A DNA stretch of 64,000 nucleotides. Origin: an uncultured bacterium (GTDB taxonomy: Bacteria; Verrucomicrobiota; Verrucomicrobiia; Limisphaerales; UBA8199). The notes under the pieces were generated by a model that did no database searches, had not been told where the DNA came from, and worked only from the letters and a program-made list of their open reading frames with translations. Numbering within the stretch: position 1 is the stretch's first letter; each line of letters starts with the position of its first letter. The translations under genes and the position numbers were made by a program. Location of the stretch: the NCBI GenBank assembly GCA_963749495.1, contig CAVVMW010000004.1, positions 352,001 to 416,000 on the forward strand, read 5' to 3'. Positions 17,428 to 28,589 of the stretch are shown here, in pieces.

Positions 17428-19470
17428 TTACCTCAGGCCTTCCAAGGCTTGTTGGGCCTTCTTGCGGGTCGCCTCGTCGGGGGCATGGGCGACGACGGCC
17501 TGGAGGGCCTTTTGGCGCTGCTCCTTGGTGGCGCCGGAGCGGTTGCGGGCAGCCAGGTTGAGCAGGGCGGAGCAGGCCTCGTCGGCGATGGCGGGTTCGG
17601 CGGCGAAGGCGGCGAGCATCTCCAGGGCCTGGGCGTGCGTGGTGGACTGGAGGACGGCAATGGCCAGGCGTTTTTCCTCGGGCCGCTTGAGGAGCGGCAG
17701 GGCTTCCTTGAGCCTGGCGGATTTCTGCTCGGCGTTGAGTTTCTTGTCGCCCTGAAGGAACTGGAGATAGCCGCGCAGGGCCAGGACCTGGTGCGAGGGG
17801 TTCTCATCGGACTGGGCCAGGGCCAGCAACGGCGCGGCGACGCTGTCGTCCTCCGGCCAGGTGTTGGGCCAGGTGGACAAGGTGCGCACCGCCTCGTCCT
17901 GAAGGGGCTGCTCTTTGTCCTGGAGTTCTGCCCTCACGGCGGCCAGGGCCTGGGGGCCGCCCGCCGAGGCCAGGGCGTGGAGGGCGACGAGGCGGATCGC
18001 GCCGTTGGGGTCTTGGGCCATCGGCAGCAAGTGCGGGACGCAGAGGGTTCCTTTGCGCCCGCTGATGCCCAGGAGGGCGGCCTCGATTTCGGCGCGTTCT
18101 TTGGCGTCCTGAGTCTGGCCCAGCAGCCGGGCCAATTCCGGTATTTGCGTCTGGTCGCCCAGGGTGCCCAGGGCGCGCAGGGCGGCGCTCCGCGTGGCCG
18201 GGTCCGGGTCTTGGGCGCAGCGCGAGACGGCCGGCAGAGCGGCCTCGACCTGGCGTAGGGCAGCCAATTTGATGAGGGTCTGGCGCGACTTGCCGCCGGC
18301 CTGGGGCAGGCGGGCGACCAGGTCCGCGTCCACTTCGCTGCCGGGCAGCCTGGCCAGCGCGGCCAGGGCGGCCGATTCGATCTCCGGATCGCCCTCGGCA
18401 GCGGCCTCCAGCAGGGTCGGCGCGGCCGAGGCATTCCCATACTGGTCCAGGATGCCGATGGCTGTGAGGCGGAAGTTTTTCGGGCCCTTTTTGGCGGCGT
18501 CCAGGACCGTGGGCATGGCCTCGCTCTCCCCGCGGTCGGCCAGGGCCAAAAGCACGTATCCCTGGCGGTCCGGGCTGGTCATTGACATCTCCTCGGCCAA
18601 GGCCCTGCCCACCTCGACCCCAGCCAACTCGCGGGCAGTGCTCAAGGCAAGGTCGAAGTAGGCCTTGTCCGACGAGTGCAAGAGCTTGCGCAGCAGGGGC
18701 AGCCCAGCCGATTTGCGCGCCAGGATTGCCCCGCGCAGGGCCTCGAGCTCGCGCTGCTTGGGAACTTGTGCCTCCCGCACGAGGTCATACAGCCTGATGG
18801 CAACGTCCGCGTCGCCGGCACTGAGAAACCTCTCCGCGCACAGGATGCACCCCTCCGCCACGGACCCGCGGACGGCCTCGGGCGCCTTGGGCAAGGTCTG
18901 CTCGAGGGAATTGGCGGCGGCCAACCCGCCGATGCGGCCCAAGGCTACCGCAGCCGCCGACGCCACGTCGGCATCCGTGTCGCCCAGCTTGGACACCAGC
19001 ACGCTCACCGCCTCTGTGCTGCGGCGAAAGCCAATCGAGTTGAGGGTCCCGACCAGAAGTCGGCCGTGCAACTCGGGCACGGCCTGGACCAGGGCGTTAT
19101 CGGCCTCGGGACCGGGAATGGCCTCCAACGCGATGCGCGCCCAGGAGGCAAGGTCCGGGTCCGAGAGCAACCGGGCCAACGCCGGAACGGCCTCTGCCGT
19201 GCCGCAAGAGGCCAGGCCCTTGCAGGCCAGGCCCTTCTCGCCGGGCGCAGCCTGTGACTGCAGCACGCCGATGAGCTTCTGCTGCTTCTGGGCCGGGGCC
19301 TGGCCGGGCTCGGCCCCGGGCGCCTGGAGGGCCGCCACTAGACAGGCCATCGCCGCCAGGCAGCGTCCCGCCGCCCGGAGAGAGGATTTCAAACCGGGCC
19401 GGTCGCCGTGAACGGGGGCGCAGATGCCTTGAGCCGCGCCTTCATCTGGATTTTGGAAATCGGATTTCAT
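17428..19470 (-). CDS. Exported HEAT/PBS-lyase repeat protein
   Basis: Repeated AVPALARLL, AAAVALGRIG and ALRALGTLG helical repeats. Confidence 0.85.
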   Translation of the reverse strand: MKSDFQNPDEGAAQGICAPVHGDRPGLKSSLRAAGRCLAAMACLVAALQAPGAEPGQAPAQKQQKLIGVLQSQAAPGEKGLACKGLASCGTAEAVPALARLLSDPDLASWARIALEAIPGPEADNALVQAVPELHGRLLVGTLNSIGFRRSTEAVSVLVSKLGDTDADVASAAAVALGRIGGLAAANSLEQTLPKAPEAVRGSVAEGCILCAERFLSAGDADVAIRLYDLVREAQVPKQRELEALRGAILARKSAGLPLLRKLLHSSDKAYFDLALSTARELAGVEVGRALAEEMSMTSPDRQGYVLLALADRGESEAMPTVLDAAKKGPKNFRLTAIGILDQYGNASAAPTLLEAAAEGDPEIESAALAALARLPGSEVDADLVARLPQAGGKSRQTLIKLAALRQVEAALPAVSRCAQDPDPATRSAALRALGTLGDQTQIPELARLLGQTQDAKERAEIEAALLGISGRKGTLCVPHLLPMAQDPNGAIRLVALHALASAGGPQALAAVRAELQDKEQPLQDEAVRTLSTWPNTWPEDDSVAAPLLALAQSDENPSHQVLALRGYLQFLQGDKKLNAEQKSARLKEALPLLKRPEEKRLAIAVLQSTTHAQALEMLAAFAAEPAIADEACSALLNLAARNRSGATKEQRQKALQAVVAHAPDEATRKKAQQALEGLR

Positions 19471-19523
19471 GGGAAAGAATGTTGAGGTGAAGTGAGTTGA
19501 GGTGAGGTGGAGCGGCGTCCGGG

Positions 19524-20807
19524 TCAGAGCCTCCAGGGTTCGCGCAGGGCCTCGGAGCGGAACCGGTTGGCCTCGTCGTCGCCGATGAACTCGTTTGTCC
19601 CGGGGTTGAACTGGACTTTGCGGTGGAGGAACAAGGCGATATTGGCGGCATGGCAGGCGATGTGGGCGTGGCAGGCGGCCTGGGCGTTGGCGCGGGTCTG
19701 GGCGCGCGACTTGACGCAGTCCAGGAAATTGCGCACGTGGAAGTCGGCGGGGTAGCCGGCGATCTTGGCGCCTTTGCCCGCCAGCAGGGCCGGCGAGCTG
19801 GCGACGATCTCGGCGTCGTCTCCGGTCTCCACCCAGCCCGTGTCGCCTTCGAAACGGACGGGGCAGGAGCCCAGGGGCAGCCAGCCGTCGTTGCGCATGA
19901 CCAGCCGGACGCCGTTGGCGTAACGTGCATGGAGTTGGTCCTTCACCGGTTCGTATTCGACCGGCTCGGTGTTGTCGGCGTCGTTGGCCCATTGGCAGAG
20001 GTCAACGCAATGGGAACCCCATTCCAGGCACCCGCCGCCGACCAGGCCGCCGCCTTTCTCGAAGTTGAAGCCGTCGAACGACACGGCTCGGTTGTAGGGC
20101 CGCCAGGCGGCCGGGCCGAGGTAGAGATCCCAGTCAAACTTTTCCTTGTCCGGTTCCGGCTCGGCCTTGGTCCAGCCGCTGACAGCGGTGCCGAGGCCGG
20201 CGGGGTGGGCGTGGAGGGTCTGGAGCTTGCCGAGCCTGCCGCGCCGGGCCAGGTCGATGACGAACATGAAGTTGGGCAGGCTCCGGCGCTGTGTGCCCGC
20301 CTGGAAGACCCGCCCCGTGCGGCGGAAGGTCTCGGCCAGGGCCAGGCTCTGGGCGATGTTCTTGGTGCAGGGCTTCTCGCAATAGACGTCTTTGCCGGCA
20401 TTGGCGGCGAGGATCGAGGCGGTGGCGTGCCAGTTCGGCCCCGTGGCGATGAGCACGGCATCCAGGTCGTCGCGGGCCAGCAGTTCGCGCAGGTCCCGAT
20501 ACATCTTGCAATCCTGGTTCCCATATTTGGCGTCCGCCCGGCGCTTGACCGCCTCGCGGCGCTCGGCCCGGACATCGCAGACGGCGACGAACTGCACGTC
20601 GGGCTGCTGCAGGAAACAGCCCAGGTCGTAGGAGCCCCGGCCGCCGATGCCGATGCCGCCCATCACAATCCGTTCGCTCGGGGCAGCGGTGAAGGACGCG
20701 CCCACCACAGCGCCGCGAACCAGTTGCGGCGCCGCCAGCAGCGCGCCCGCCTGGAGCGTCGTCTTCAAAAACCCGCGGCGTGTCAATTCAAGCCTCTCTG
20801 TGCGCAT
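19524..20807 (-). CDS. Tat-exported Gfo/Idh/MocA oxidoreductase
   Basis: TRRGFLK, GIGIGGRG, DAVLIAT..WH, KDVYCEKP, FQAGTQRRS. Confidence 0.92.
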   Translation of the reverse strand: MRTERLELTRRGFLKTTLQAGALLAAPQLVRGAVVGASFTAAPSERIVMGGIGIGGRGSYDLGCFLQQPDVQFVAVCDVRAERREAVKRRADAKYGNQDCKMYRDLRELLARDDLDAVLIATGPNWHATASILAANAGKDVYCEKPCTKNIAQSLALAETFRRTGRVFQAGTQRRSLPNFMFVIDLARRGRLGKLQTLHAHPAGLGTAVSGWTKAEPEPDKEKFDWDLYLGPAAWRPYNRAVSFDGFNFEKGGGLVGGGCLEWGSHCVDLCQWANDADNTEPVEYEPVKDQLHARYANGVRLVMRNDGWLPLGSCPVRFEGDTGWVETGDDAEIVASSPALLAGKGAKIAGYPADFHVRNFLDCVKSRAQTRANAQAACHAHIACHAANIALFLHRKVQFNPGTNEFIGDDEANRFRSEALREPWRL

Positions 20808-20967
20808 ATTGGATCTCCTGTTGCGGAACTGCTCAGCGGTCCCATTGGTCGAATGCTTCATGGTCTGTGCCAGGACGAACTCGGTTCAGTCGAAATTCGA
20901 TCATTCGTGCCTGCGTGGAAGAGCCAGCCAGATTTTCGCCCCGACGGCAAGAGAAATGAGTGACTGG

Positions 20968-21044
20968 TGACGAATGACGAATGACGAATGCGGAGTGCGG
21001 AGTGCGGAGTGCGGAGTGGGGAATGCGGAATGGGGAATGCGGAG
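20968..21044. repeat. Composite heptamer array (TGACGAA then TGCGGAG/TGCGGAA)
   Basis: Direct reading. Confidence 0.85.
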
Positions 21045-21268
21045 GGCCGCGCAGTTCGCCCGTGCCTCCGCTCGGCTACAGCCCGGGCTATCAGATGACC
21101 GCCAGCCCAAGCAGTTCTACCGGGTGAAGGCGGCGATGTGAGCGACAGCTCACACGGGTTCTCTACGGTCTGCCGCCAAAGCCGCGAGGTTTTGGACCGC
21201 AGCCCAAAACCCCGGTCGCGCCTGCCTGCTTCGCAAGGCGCATGGAGGGAATGGGACCTGTGGGCAGG

Positions 21269-21505
21269 TCATGAGGAAGCGACCCCCTGGAGCTTGTAAC
21301 TGAGCGTGCCGTAATAACGGCGTTTCAGTCCGCGTTTCTTGCGCTGGCGCTCTCGCGCCTTGACCAAGTGCTTCAGACACCGCGACCCTTGAACCGCCGG
21401 TTCCCCGCATTCGGTGCACCGGCTGTCTCGCTGCATCCGCAATTGATACTTGCGCTGCCGCGAGATCGGCAACTGCGTAAACTCATCTTGTATGCGTCTT
21501 CTCAT
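21269..21505 (-). CDS. Small basic protein with CxxC..CxxH zinc-finger-like motif
   Basis: ISRQRKYQLRMQRDSRCTECGEP...RCLKHL. Confidence 0.65.
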   Translation of the reverse strand: MRRRIQDEFTQLPISRQRKYQLRMQRDSRCTECGEPAVQGSRCLKHLVKARERQRKKRGLKRRYYGTLSYKLQGVASS

Positions 21506-21898
21506 CTTCCGTGTTCCCGGATCTTGATTGCCCGCGTGTGATTTGACCGCTCCGCACGTCTTGGCACTCAATATCCGACCTTTATTTATACCCGGAATGA
21601 CGATCTGTCCACTGGGCCACTGGCCCCCGTTGTGCCCGGCCCCTCTATCGCGCCCGGCGCGGCAGTGCCTCGCGTCCCTTCGGTCCCTTGCGTCCTGAAT
21701 CTCCGGCCCGGTGGGCCGCGAGGCAGAGCAGGAAAGCCGGTCTGAATGTCCAAGGCAAAGCATTGGAAGCGGCTGGCTCTGTGCTCTAGACGGGCCACTG
21801 AGGGACTGCATTGGGACGCACCCCGCTCGCAACTCCGGCGTCAAAAACCCTTTGACATCACCCGCCGGCTGTGCAGAACTAGACCCGTGAACGGTCGT

Positions 21899-24669
21899 AT
21901 GAAGCAGCCTCTCTCGAATCTCGCGCGCCTGGGCGGCGTGAGCCATGGCTCGAAAGCAAGACGTTGGGCGCAAAGCGGCGGGATACGCCGGGCTCCAGAC
22001 GCCTGGCGGCTTGCTCCGCGTGTCCCCGCATCGCGAAGTCCCGCTCAGCGGGAGAGTACGCGGCATTCCCGCGGTTTGTGTCCCACTGTTCCACGCAAAC
22101 ATCCCCTCCCTCGACCCCCGGCCCTCGGCCCTCGGCTCCGCGCGTTGAGCCTGGCGGCCATGGTGGCGGCGGCCGCGACGGTTTGGAGCCAGCCCCAGGC
22201 GGGGCTGCTCTACCGGCCCAATGGCTTTACGACGTTCAACGATTACCGAGGCGCGCCGCCGGACAACATGGGCAATTATTACCAGGGCTACATCACGAAC
22301 CTGGCCGCGACATGGCTTACTAACGGCATGTTTGCGGCTGGATTTCAAACCGTCTGGCTTGATGACGGCTGGCAGGCTGCCGGACGAGATGGCAGCGGCA
22401 ACCTCACGTGGAACCCAAGCACGATGACGAACGGAGGGATACCCATACTGGTTGCCACACTGCACAACTGGGGGTACAAGGTCATCATCTACAGCGCTTA
22501 TGGTCCCCTGACGGCTAGAACGTGCCAGGGATATCCCGGCACGACCGACGCAACGATGCAGCAGGACTTGAACCTGTTCGCAACGTGGAACCTCGATGGG
22601 ATCTGCTTTGACGCCTGCGGCGGGAGTGATATCACGAGTTGCGCGGGTGGACTCGTGAACGACCCGGACTACAGCTACACGCGCCATGAATTCTCTACGC
22701 TGAGCAATGCCCTGGCCAACGTTGCCCCCGCGCACAGCTTCTGGACCTACCTCGTGATTCCGGTCTGGCCGACGCCGCCCGAGACGCCGCTAATGTGCAA
22801 CGCCTGTTCTGGCTGGGGAGCGCCTGGCGCAAGCGGCTACCCCGACACGGTGAGCAACGTCGTTGCCTCGTTCGACTTCATCCAGCCTTACGCCTCAACC
22901 CAAAACAGCAGTAATTTCGTGCAGTACATCGAGACCGCGGGTGAGTTCGCCTACTACTTCGGGCAGGTTCTGACGAAAGTTGGGATGTCCATGTGCGCTC
23001 TCTCAGGGTCGTTTATGCGGACCTCCGGGAACCTCGGGTCGCTGGCCAACTGGTACACCAACCAGGAAGTCAGCCTTCTCATCGATGATCCCTACGCGAA
23101 GTGCGGTCGGCTCGTCGCCAGCAATGATGTCGTGCAGATTTTCGTCCGACCGCTTGGCTTTGAGGGGTCCGGCACAAACCTGGTGGGGGTCTATAACGGG
23201 GCGGCCACGAACCAGTTGATCGTGCTGACCTGGGACCTGGTCGGGGCGGCGCCCGGTCAACAGCTCGCCTTTCGGGACCTGTGGGCGGGGACGAACTTCC
23301 CCAATAGCAACACCAATCTCACGGTCTCGGTTGAACCGGCAAATATCCTGCTGCTCAAAATGACCGCGCCGGACAGCCCTCCGTCCATAGCCGCTCAGCC
23401 CCAGGCTCAGACCGTCCTGCTCGGAGCCCAGGCCCGCTTGGGGGCGCTGCTGGCCGGGGCCCTGCCGCGAACCTGCCAGTGGTTTCACGATGGCGTCGCC
23501 CTGCCCGGAGCCACCGAGGCCTCGCTCTGGATTCCCGGGGCCGCTTTCACCGACAGCGGAACCTATCAACTTGCCGTCAGCAACAGCTTCGGCCACACCA
23601 CCAGTGTGCCGGCAATGCTCCAGGTCCAATCCGTCATTGCCTGGGGTGGGAATAACTGCCACCAGACCAATGTCCCGGCCGTCGCCAGCAACATCGTGGC
23701 GCTGGCCTCCGGCCTCAACCATATCCTGGCCCTTCGCCAGGATGGCCGGGTCGTCGGCTGGGGCGCGGACCAGATGGGCCAATGCGACGTGCCCCCCGGC
23801 CTTCCCGGCGCAGTCGCGGTCGCGGCCGGCGGCGTCCATAGCCTGGCGCTCACCGAGAGCGGCAGCGTCGTCGCCTGGGGCGACAATACCGCCGGCCAAA
23901 CCAATGTGCCGGCCGGGCTCACCAACGTTATTGCCATTTCCGCCGGGCTGACGCACAGCCTCGCCTTGCGCGCAGACGGGACTGTGGCCGCCTGGGGCGG
24001 CAACGCCGATGGTGAGACGGAGGTCCCGCCCGGATTGAGCAACGTGGTTGCCATTTCGGCCGGGGGCTCGCACAGCGTCGCGTTGCGGGCTGACGGCACG
24101 GTGCTTGCCTGGGGCAGCAACAGCCGAGGCCAGGCCCAGGTGCCGGACGGCTTGGGCAATGTGGCGGTCGTTTCCGCCGGGGGTCTCACACCCTGGCCCT
24201 CCGCGCGGATGGCGTGGTGGTTGGCTGGGGAGACGCCACCTACTCGCAGTCGGTGGTCCCCGCCGCGGTCAGCAACGCGGTTTGCATCGCGGCCGGGGAC
24301 GGCCACAGCCTGGTTGAACTGGCCGACGGGAGCGTGTTTGGCTGGGGCCGGAGTGATTATGGGCAGGCTATCGCGCCCGAGGGTGTGAATCACCCGGCGC
24401 TGCTCGGAGCGGGCTGCGATCACAGCGTGGCGGCGGGCCGCTCGTGGCCGGCGCCGCCCAGCGTGATCCGCGCCCGGGCGGCCCCGGACCGGCTCGAAGT
24501 CCTGGTGCCAACCGAGCGCGGACGCTCCTATTTCCTGCTGAGCAGGGATCGACTCGGTGATTCTGCCTGGCGCTATGTGACTGGAGTTGCCGGCAACGGC
24601 GGCCTGTGCAGCCTGGAGGACACAGCCCCCGCCTCGGCCCAGCGCTTCTATACCGTCCGGCGGCAGTAA
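21899..24669 (+). CDS. GH27-like + Ig + RCC1-repeat secreted protein, copy 1; frameshift at ~24188; start uncertain
   Basis: WLDDGWQ, FATWNLDGICFDAC, RDLWAG, Ig (CQWFHDG..DSGTYQL), repeated HSLALRADGTV.AWG; lacks one G relative to copy 2. Confidence 0.8.
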
Positions 24670-27224
24670 TGCCCTCGCATCCCTTCCTTGGACCCTCGAC
24701 CCTCGGCCCTGGGCTCCGCGCGTTGAGCCTGGCAGCCATGGTGGCGGCGGCCGCGACGGTTTGGAGCCAGCCCCAGGCGGGGCTGCTCTACCGGCCCAAT
24801 GGCTTTTTGACGTTCAACGATTTGCGAGGCTTGCCGCCGGACGACATGGGCAATTATTACCAGGGCTTTTTGACGAACCTGGCGGCGGCGTGGATAGCGG
24901 ATGGGACGTACGCGGCGGGCTTTCAAACGTTCTGGCTGGACGACGGTTGGCAGGCGGTCCACCGGGACGCCGACGGCAATCTGACGTGGAATGCCCTGAC
25001 GCTGACGAACGGGGGCATCCCGGGCCTGGTGAGCACGCTCCATGGGTTGGGCTACAAGGCGATCTTGTACACCGCCTACGCGCCGACCAACTCCAGGACC
25101 TGCTGGGGGTATGCGGGGACCGACGACGCCCACCTCCAGCAGGACATGAACCTGTTTGCGGCGTGGGGCGTGGACGGGTTGATGTTCGACGCGTGCAGGG
25201 GCGCCATCTTCAACGATAGCACCTACAACTCCGTCCGGCACGAGTTCCAATCCATCAGCAACGCCCTGGCCAACGTGAGCCCGCCGCACAAGTTCTGGAC
25301 TTACATCGTCATTCCAGTGTGGCCGCCCCCGCCGGAGACGCCGTTTTTCTGCGATGCGTGCAATGCCTGGGGGGCGCCCAGCGGCGGCTATGCGCAGGAC
25401 AGCGCCGACCTGCTGGCCGATTTCCGGTATGTCGAACCGTATGCGAGCGCATGGAACGGGGCGAATTTTGTCATCTACGGAGAGGGGTATGCGGAGGGGT
25501 GTTATGCCTATTCGTCAACGGAAATCAAGGTGATGGTGAGCCTGTGCGCGCTCTCGGGCTCGATGATGCGGCTCAGTTCGGGCATCGATCCACGGTACAC
25601 GACCAACGTGGAAGTAGTGTCGCTCATCAGCGACCCCTATGGCCGGGGCGGCAGGCGGGTGTACACGAATTGCCTGCAGGAGGTGTTTGTCCGGCCGCTG
25701 GGCTTCGATTGCTCTGGCACAAACCTGGTGGGGGTCTATAACGGGGCGGCCACGAACCAGTTGATCGTGCTGACCTGGGACCTGGTCGGGGCGGCGCCCG
25801 GTCAACAGCTCGCCTTTCGGGACCTGTGGGCGGGGACGAACTTCCCCAATAGCAACACCAATCTCACCGTCTCGGTTGGACCGACAGATATCCTGCTGCT
25901 TAAAGTCACCGCGCCGGACAGCCCTCCGTCCATAGCCGCTCAGCCCCAGGCTCAGACCGTCCTGCTCGGAGCCGAGGCCCGCTTGGGGGCGCTGCTGGCC
26001 GGGGCCCTGCCGCGAACCTGCCAGTGGTTTCACGATGGCGTCGCCCTGCCCGGAGCCACCGAGGCCTCGCTCTGGATTCCCGGGGCCGCTTTCACCGACA
26101 GCGGAACCTATCAACTTGCCGTCAGCAACAGCTTCGGCCACACCACCAGTGTGCCGGCAATGCTCCAGGTCCAATCCGTCATTGCCTGGGGTGGGAATAA
26201 CTGCCACCAGACCAATGTCCCGGCCGTCGCCAGCAACATCGTGGCGCTGGCCTCCGGCCTCAACCATATCCTGGCCCTTCGCCAGGATGGCCGGGTCGTC
26301 GGCTGGGGCGCGGACCAGATGGGCCAATGCGACGTGCCCCCCGGCCTTCCCGGCGCAGTCGCGGTCGCGGCCGGCGGCGTCCATAGCCTGGCGCTCACCG
26401 AGAGCGGCAGCGTCGTCGCCTGGGGCGACAATACCGCCGGCCAAACCAATGTGCCGGCCGGGCTCACCAACGTTATTGCCATTTCCGCCGGGCTGACGCA
26501 CAGCCTCGCCTTGCGCGCAGACGGGACTGTGGCCGCCTGGGGCGGCAACGCCGATGGTGAGACGGAGGTCCCGCCCGGATTGAGCAACGTGGTTGCCATT
26601 TCGGCCGGGGGCTCGCACAGCGTTGCGTTGCGGGCTGACGGCACGGTGCTTGCCTGGGGCAGCAACAGCCGAGGCCAGGCCCAGGTGCCGGACGGCTTGG
26701 GCAATGTGGCGGTCGTTTCCGCCGGGGGTCTCGACACCCTGGCCCTCCGCGCGGATGGCGTGGTGGTTGGCTGGGGAGACGCCACCTACTCGCAGTCGGT
26801 GGTCCCCGCCGCGGTCAGCAACGCGGTTTGCATCGCGGCCGGGGACGGCCACAGCCTGGTTGAACTGGCCGACGGGAGCGTGTTTGGCTGGGGCCGGAGT
26901 GATTATGGGCAGGCTATCGCGCCCGAGGGTGTGAATCACCCGGCGCTGCTTGGAGCGGGCTGCGATCACAGCGTGGCGGCGGGCCGCTCGTGGCCGGCGC
27001 CGCCCAGCGTGATCCGCGCCCGGGCGGCCCCGGACCGGCTCGAAGTCCTGGTGCCAACCGAGCGCGGACGCTCCTATTTCCTGCTGAGCAGGGATCGACT
27101 CGGTGATTCTGCCTGGCGCTATGTGACTGGAGTTGCCGGCAACGGCGGCCTGCGCAGCCTGGAGGACACAGCCCCCGCCTCGGCCCAGCGCTTCTATACC
27201 GTCCGGCGGCAATAATGCCCTCGC
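23171..27224 (+). repeat. Near-identical ~1.5-kb direct repeat (23171-24678 and 25716-27224)
   Basis: Sequences match almost base for base at an offset of 2545/2546. Confidence 0.93.
24669..27215 (+). CDS. GH27-like + Ig + RCC1-repeat secreted protein, copy 2
   Basis: Same architecture, intact; ATG overlaps the stop of copy 1 (TAATG). Confidence 0.85.
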   Translation: MPSHPFLGPSTLGPGLRALSLAAMVAAAATVWSQPQAGLLYRPNGFLTFNDLRGLPPDDMGNYYQGFLTNLAAAWIADGTYAAGFQTFWLDDGWQAVHRDADGNLTWNALTLTNGGIPGLVSTLHGLGYKAILYTAYAPTNSRTCWGYAGTDDAHLQQDMNLFAAWGVDGLMFDACRGAIFNDSTYNSVRHEFQSISNALANVSPPHKFWTYIVIPVWPPPPETPFFCDACNAWGAPSGGYAQDSADLLADFRYVEPYASAWNGANFVIYGEGYAEGCYAYSSTEIKVMVSLCALSGSMMRLSSGIDPRYTTNVEVVSLISDPYGRGGRRVYTNCLQEVFVRPLGFDCSGTNLVGVYNGAATNQLIVLTWDLVGAAPGQQLAFRDLWAGTNFPNSNTNLTVSVGPTDILLLKVTAPDSPPSIAAQPQAQTVLLGAEARLGALLAGALPRTCQWFHDGVALPGATEASLWIPGAAFTDSGTYQLAVSNSFGHTTSVPAMLQVQSVIAWGGNNCHQTNVPAVASNIVALASGLNHILALRQDGRVVGWGADQMGQCDVPPGLPGAVAVAAGGVHSLALTESGSVVAWGDNTAGQTNVPAGLTNVIAISAGLTHSLALRADGTVAAWGGNADGETEVPPGLSNVVAISAGGSHSVALRADGTVLAWGSNSRGQAQVPDGLGNVAVVSAGGLDTLALRADGVVVGWGDATYSQSVVPAAVSNAVCIAAGDGHSLVELADGSVFGWGRSDYGQAIAPEGVNHPALLGAGCDHSVAAGRSWPAPPSVIRARAAPDRLEVLVPTERGRSYFLLSRDRLGDSAWRYVTGVAGNGGLRSLEDTAPASAQRFYTVRRQ

Positions 27225-27225
27225 G

Positions 27226-27273
27226 TCCCTGACGTCCCTTACGTCGCTTATGTCCCTTTGGTCCCTTCCGTCC
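27226..27273. repeat. Degenerate 9-mer array (GTCCCTnnn)
   Basis: gtccctgac gtcccttac gtcgcttat gtccctttg gtcccttcc gtccc; related pieces at ~21673 and (inverted) 30573-30596. Confidence 0.75.
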
Positions 27274-27424
27274 CGTTGGCCACCCCCATCTCCTTCCAAG
27301 ACAAAAGATTGACACGAGGAAAACTTTTTTGGCAGTTTGGCTCTGCTCAGTCTTTCTGGAACCTGTCGGCCGCGAGCCCTGACTGGGCGGGCGAACGCCG
27401 TCCAAATTGAATGCAAGAAATATC

Positions 27425-28589
27425 ATGAGAAAGCTCCTTCCTATCCTCCCGGCGGCCTGGGCCTGCGGCCTGCTGTTGTTTTCCGATGCGGGCCTGGCAG
27501 CCAGTTCCTCCAAGGCCGTCAAGATCGGCGCCCTGTTTTCGGTGACGGGGCCGGCGTCGTTCCTGGGTGCGCCGGAGGCCAAGACCGCCCGTATGCTCAT
27601 CGACAAGCTCAACGCCTCCGGGGGCGTGAACGGGGCGAGGCTGGTGTTGGTGCTCAAGGACACCGGTTCAAGCCCCGAGAAGGCCGTCTCCTTTGCCAGG
27701 CAGTTGATCGAGGAAGACCAGGTGCTGGCCATCATCGGCCCGTCCACCAGCGGCGAGACCATGGCGATCAAGGCCCTGTGCGAGGAGAACCGGGTCATCC
27801 TCGTTTCGTGCGCCGCCGCCGAGGTCATCGTCAACCCGGTGGCCAAGTACGTCTTCAAGGTGCCCCAAAAAGACAGCCAGGCCGTCACCTGGATCTATCG
27901 CACCATGAAGGAAAACGGGATCACCCGGATTGCCGTCGTGAGCAGCAACGACGGCTTCGGCGCGGCGGGCAAGAAACAACTGGAGGACATGGCCAGGGCC
28001 GCGGGGATGGAGATCCTCGCCGACGAGGTGTACGACAAGCAGGCGACCGATCTGAGCGACATCCTCACCAAGGTCAAGAGCAAACCGGGCGTCCAGGCGC
28101 TCGTGAACTGGTCCATCGTCCCGGCCCAATCCATCGTGGCCAAGAACATGAGACAGATCGGGCTGGACGTGCCGCTCTACCAGAGCCACGGCTTTGGCAA
28201 CCGCAGATATGTCGAGCAGGCCGGCATCGCCGCCGAGGGCACCCTCTTCCCCGCGCCGGCTCCTGGTGGTCGACGAACTGCCCGAGGGCCATCCCCAGAA
28301 GAAACTCCTGGCCGCTTACAAACACGATTACGAGGCGGCCTTCCATGAAGATGTCAGCACCTTCGGCGGCCATGCCTATGACGCCCTGCTCGTCGTGGTC
28401 GAGGGCCTCAAGCGAGCCCGCAGCGCCGACCGGGACAAGGTGCGCGACGCCATCGAGGGCCTGAAGGGCTTTGTCGGCACCGGCGGCATATTCAACTACT
28501 CGGCCAGTGACCACACGGGCCTGGATCTGAGCGCCTTCGAGATGCTGGTGGTCAAGGGCGGCAAGTTCACCCTCTACCGGAAGCAGTGA
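27425..28589 (+). CDS. livK: Branched-chain amino acid-type ABC substrate-binding protein; frameshift near 28252
   Basis: KIGALFSVTGPASFLG, IIGPSTSG; continues RLLVVDELP...FGGHAYDAL. Confidence 0.85.

Noticed and set aside
16723..18258. 511-aa PDZ fusion protein
   Set aside because: Result of the frameshift near 17320; the tail is antisense to the HEAT-repeat gene
21899..27215. Diversity-generating retroelement
   Set aside because: No reverse transcriptase; differences are neither adenine-specific nor confined to a short C-terminal variable region
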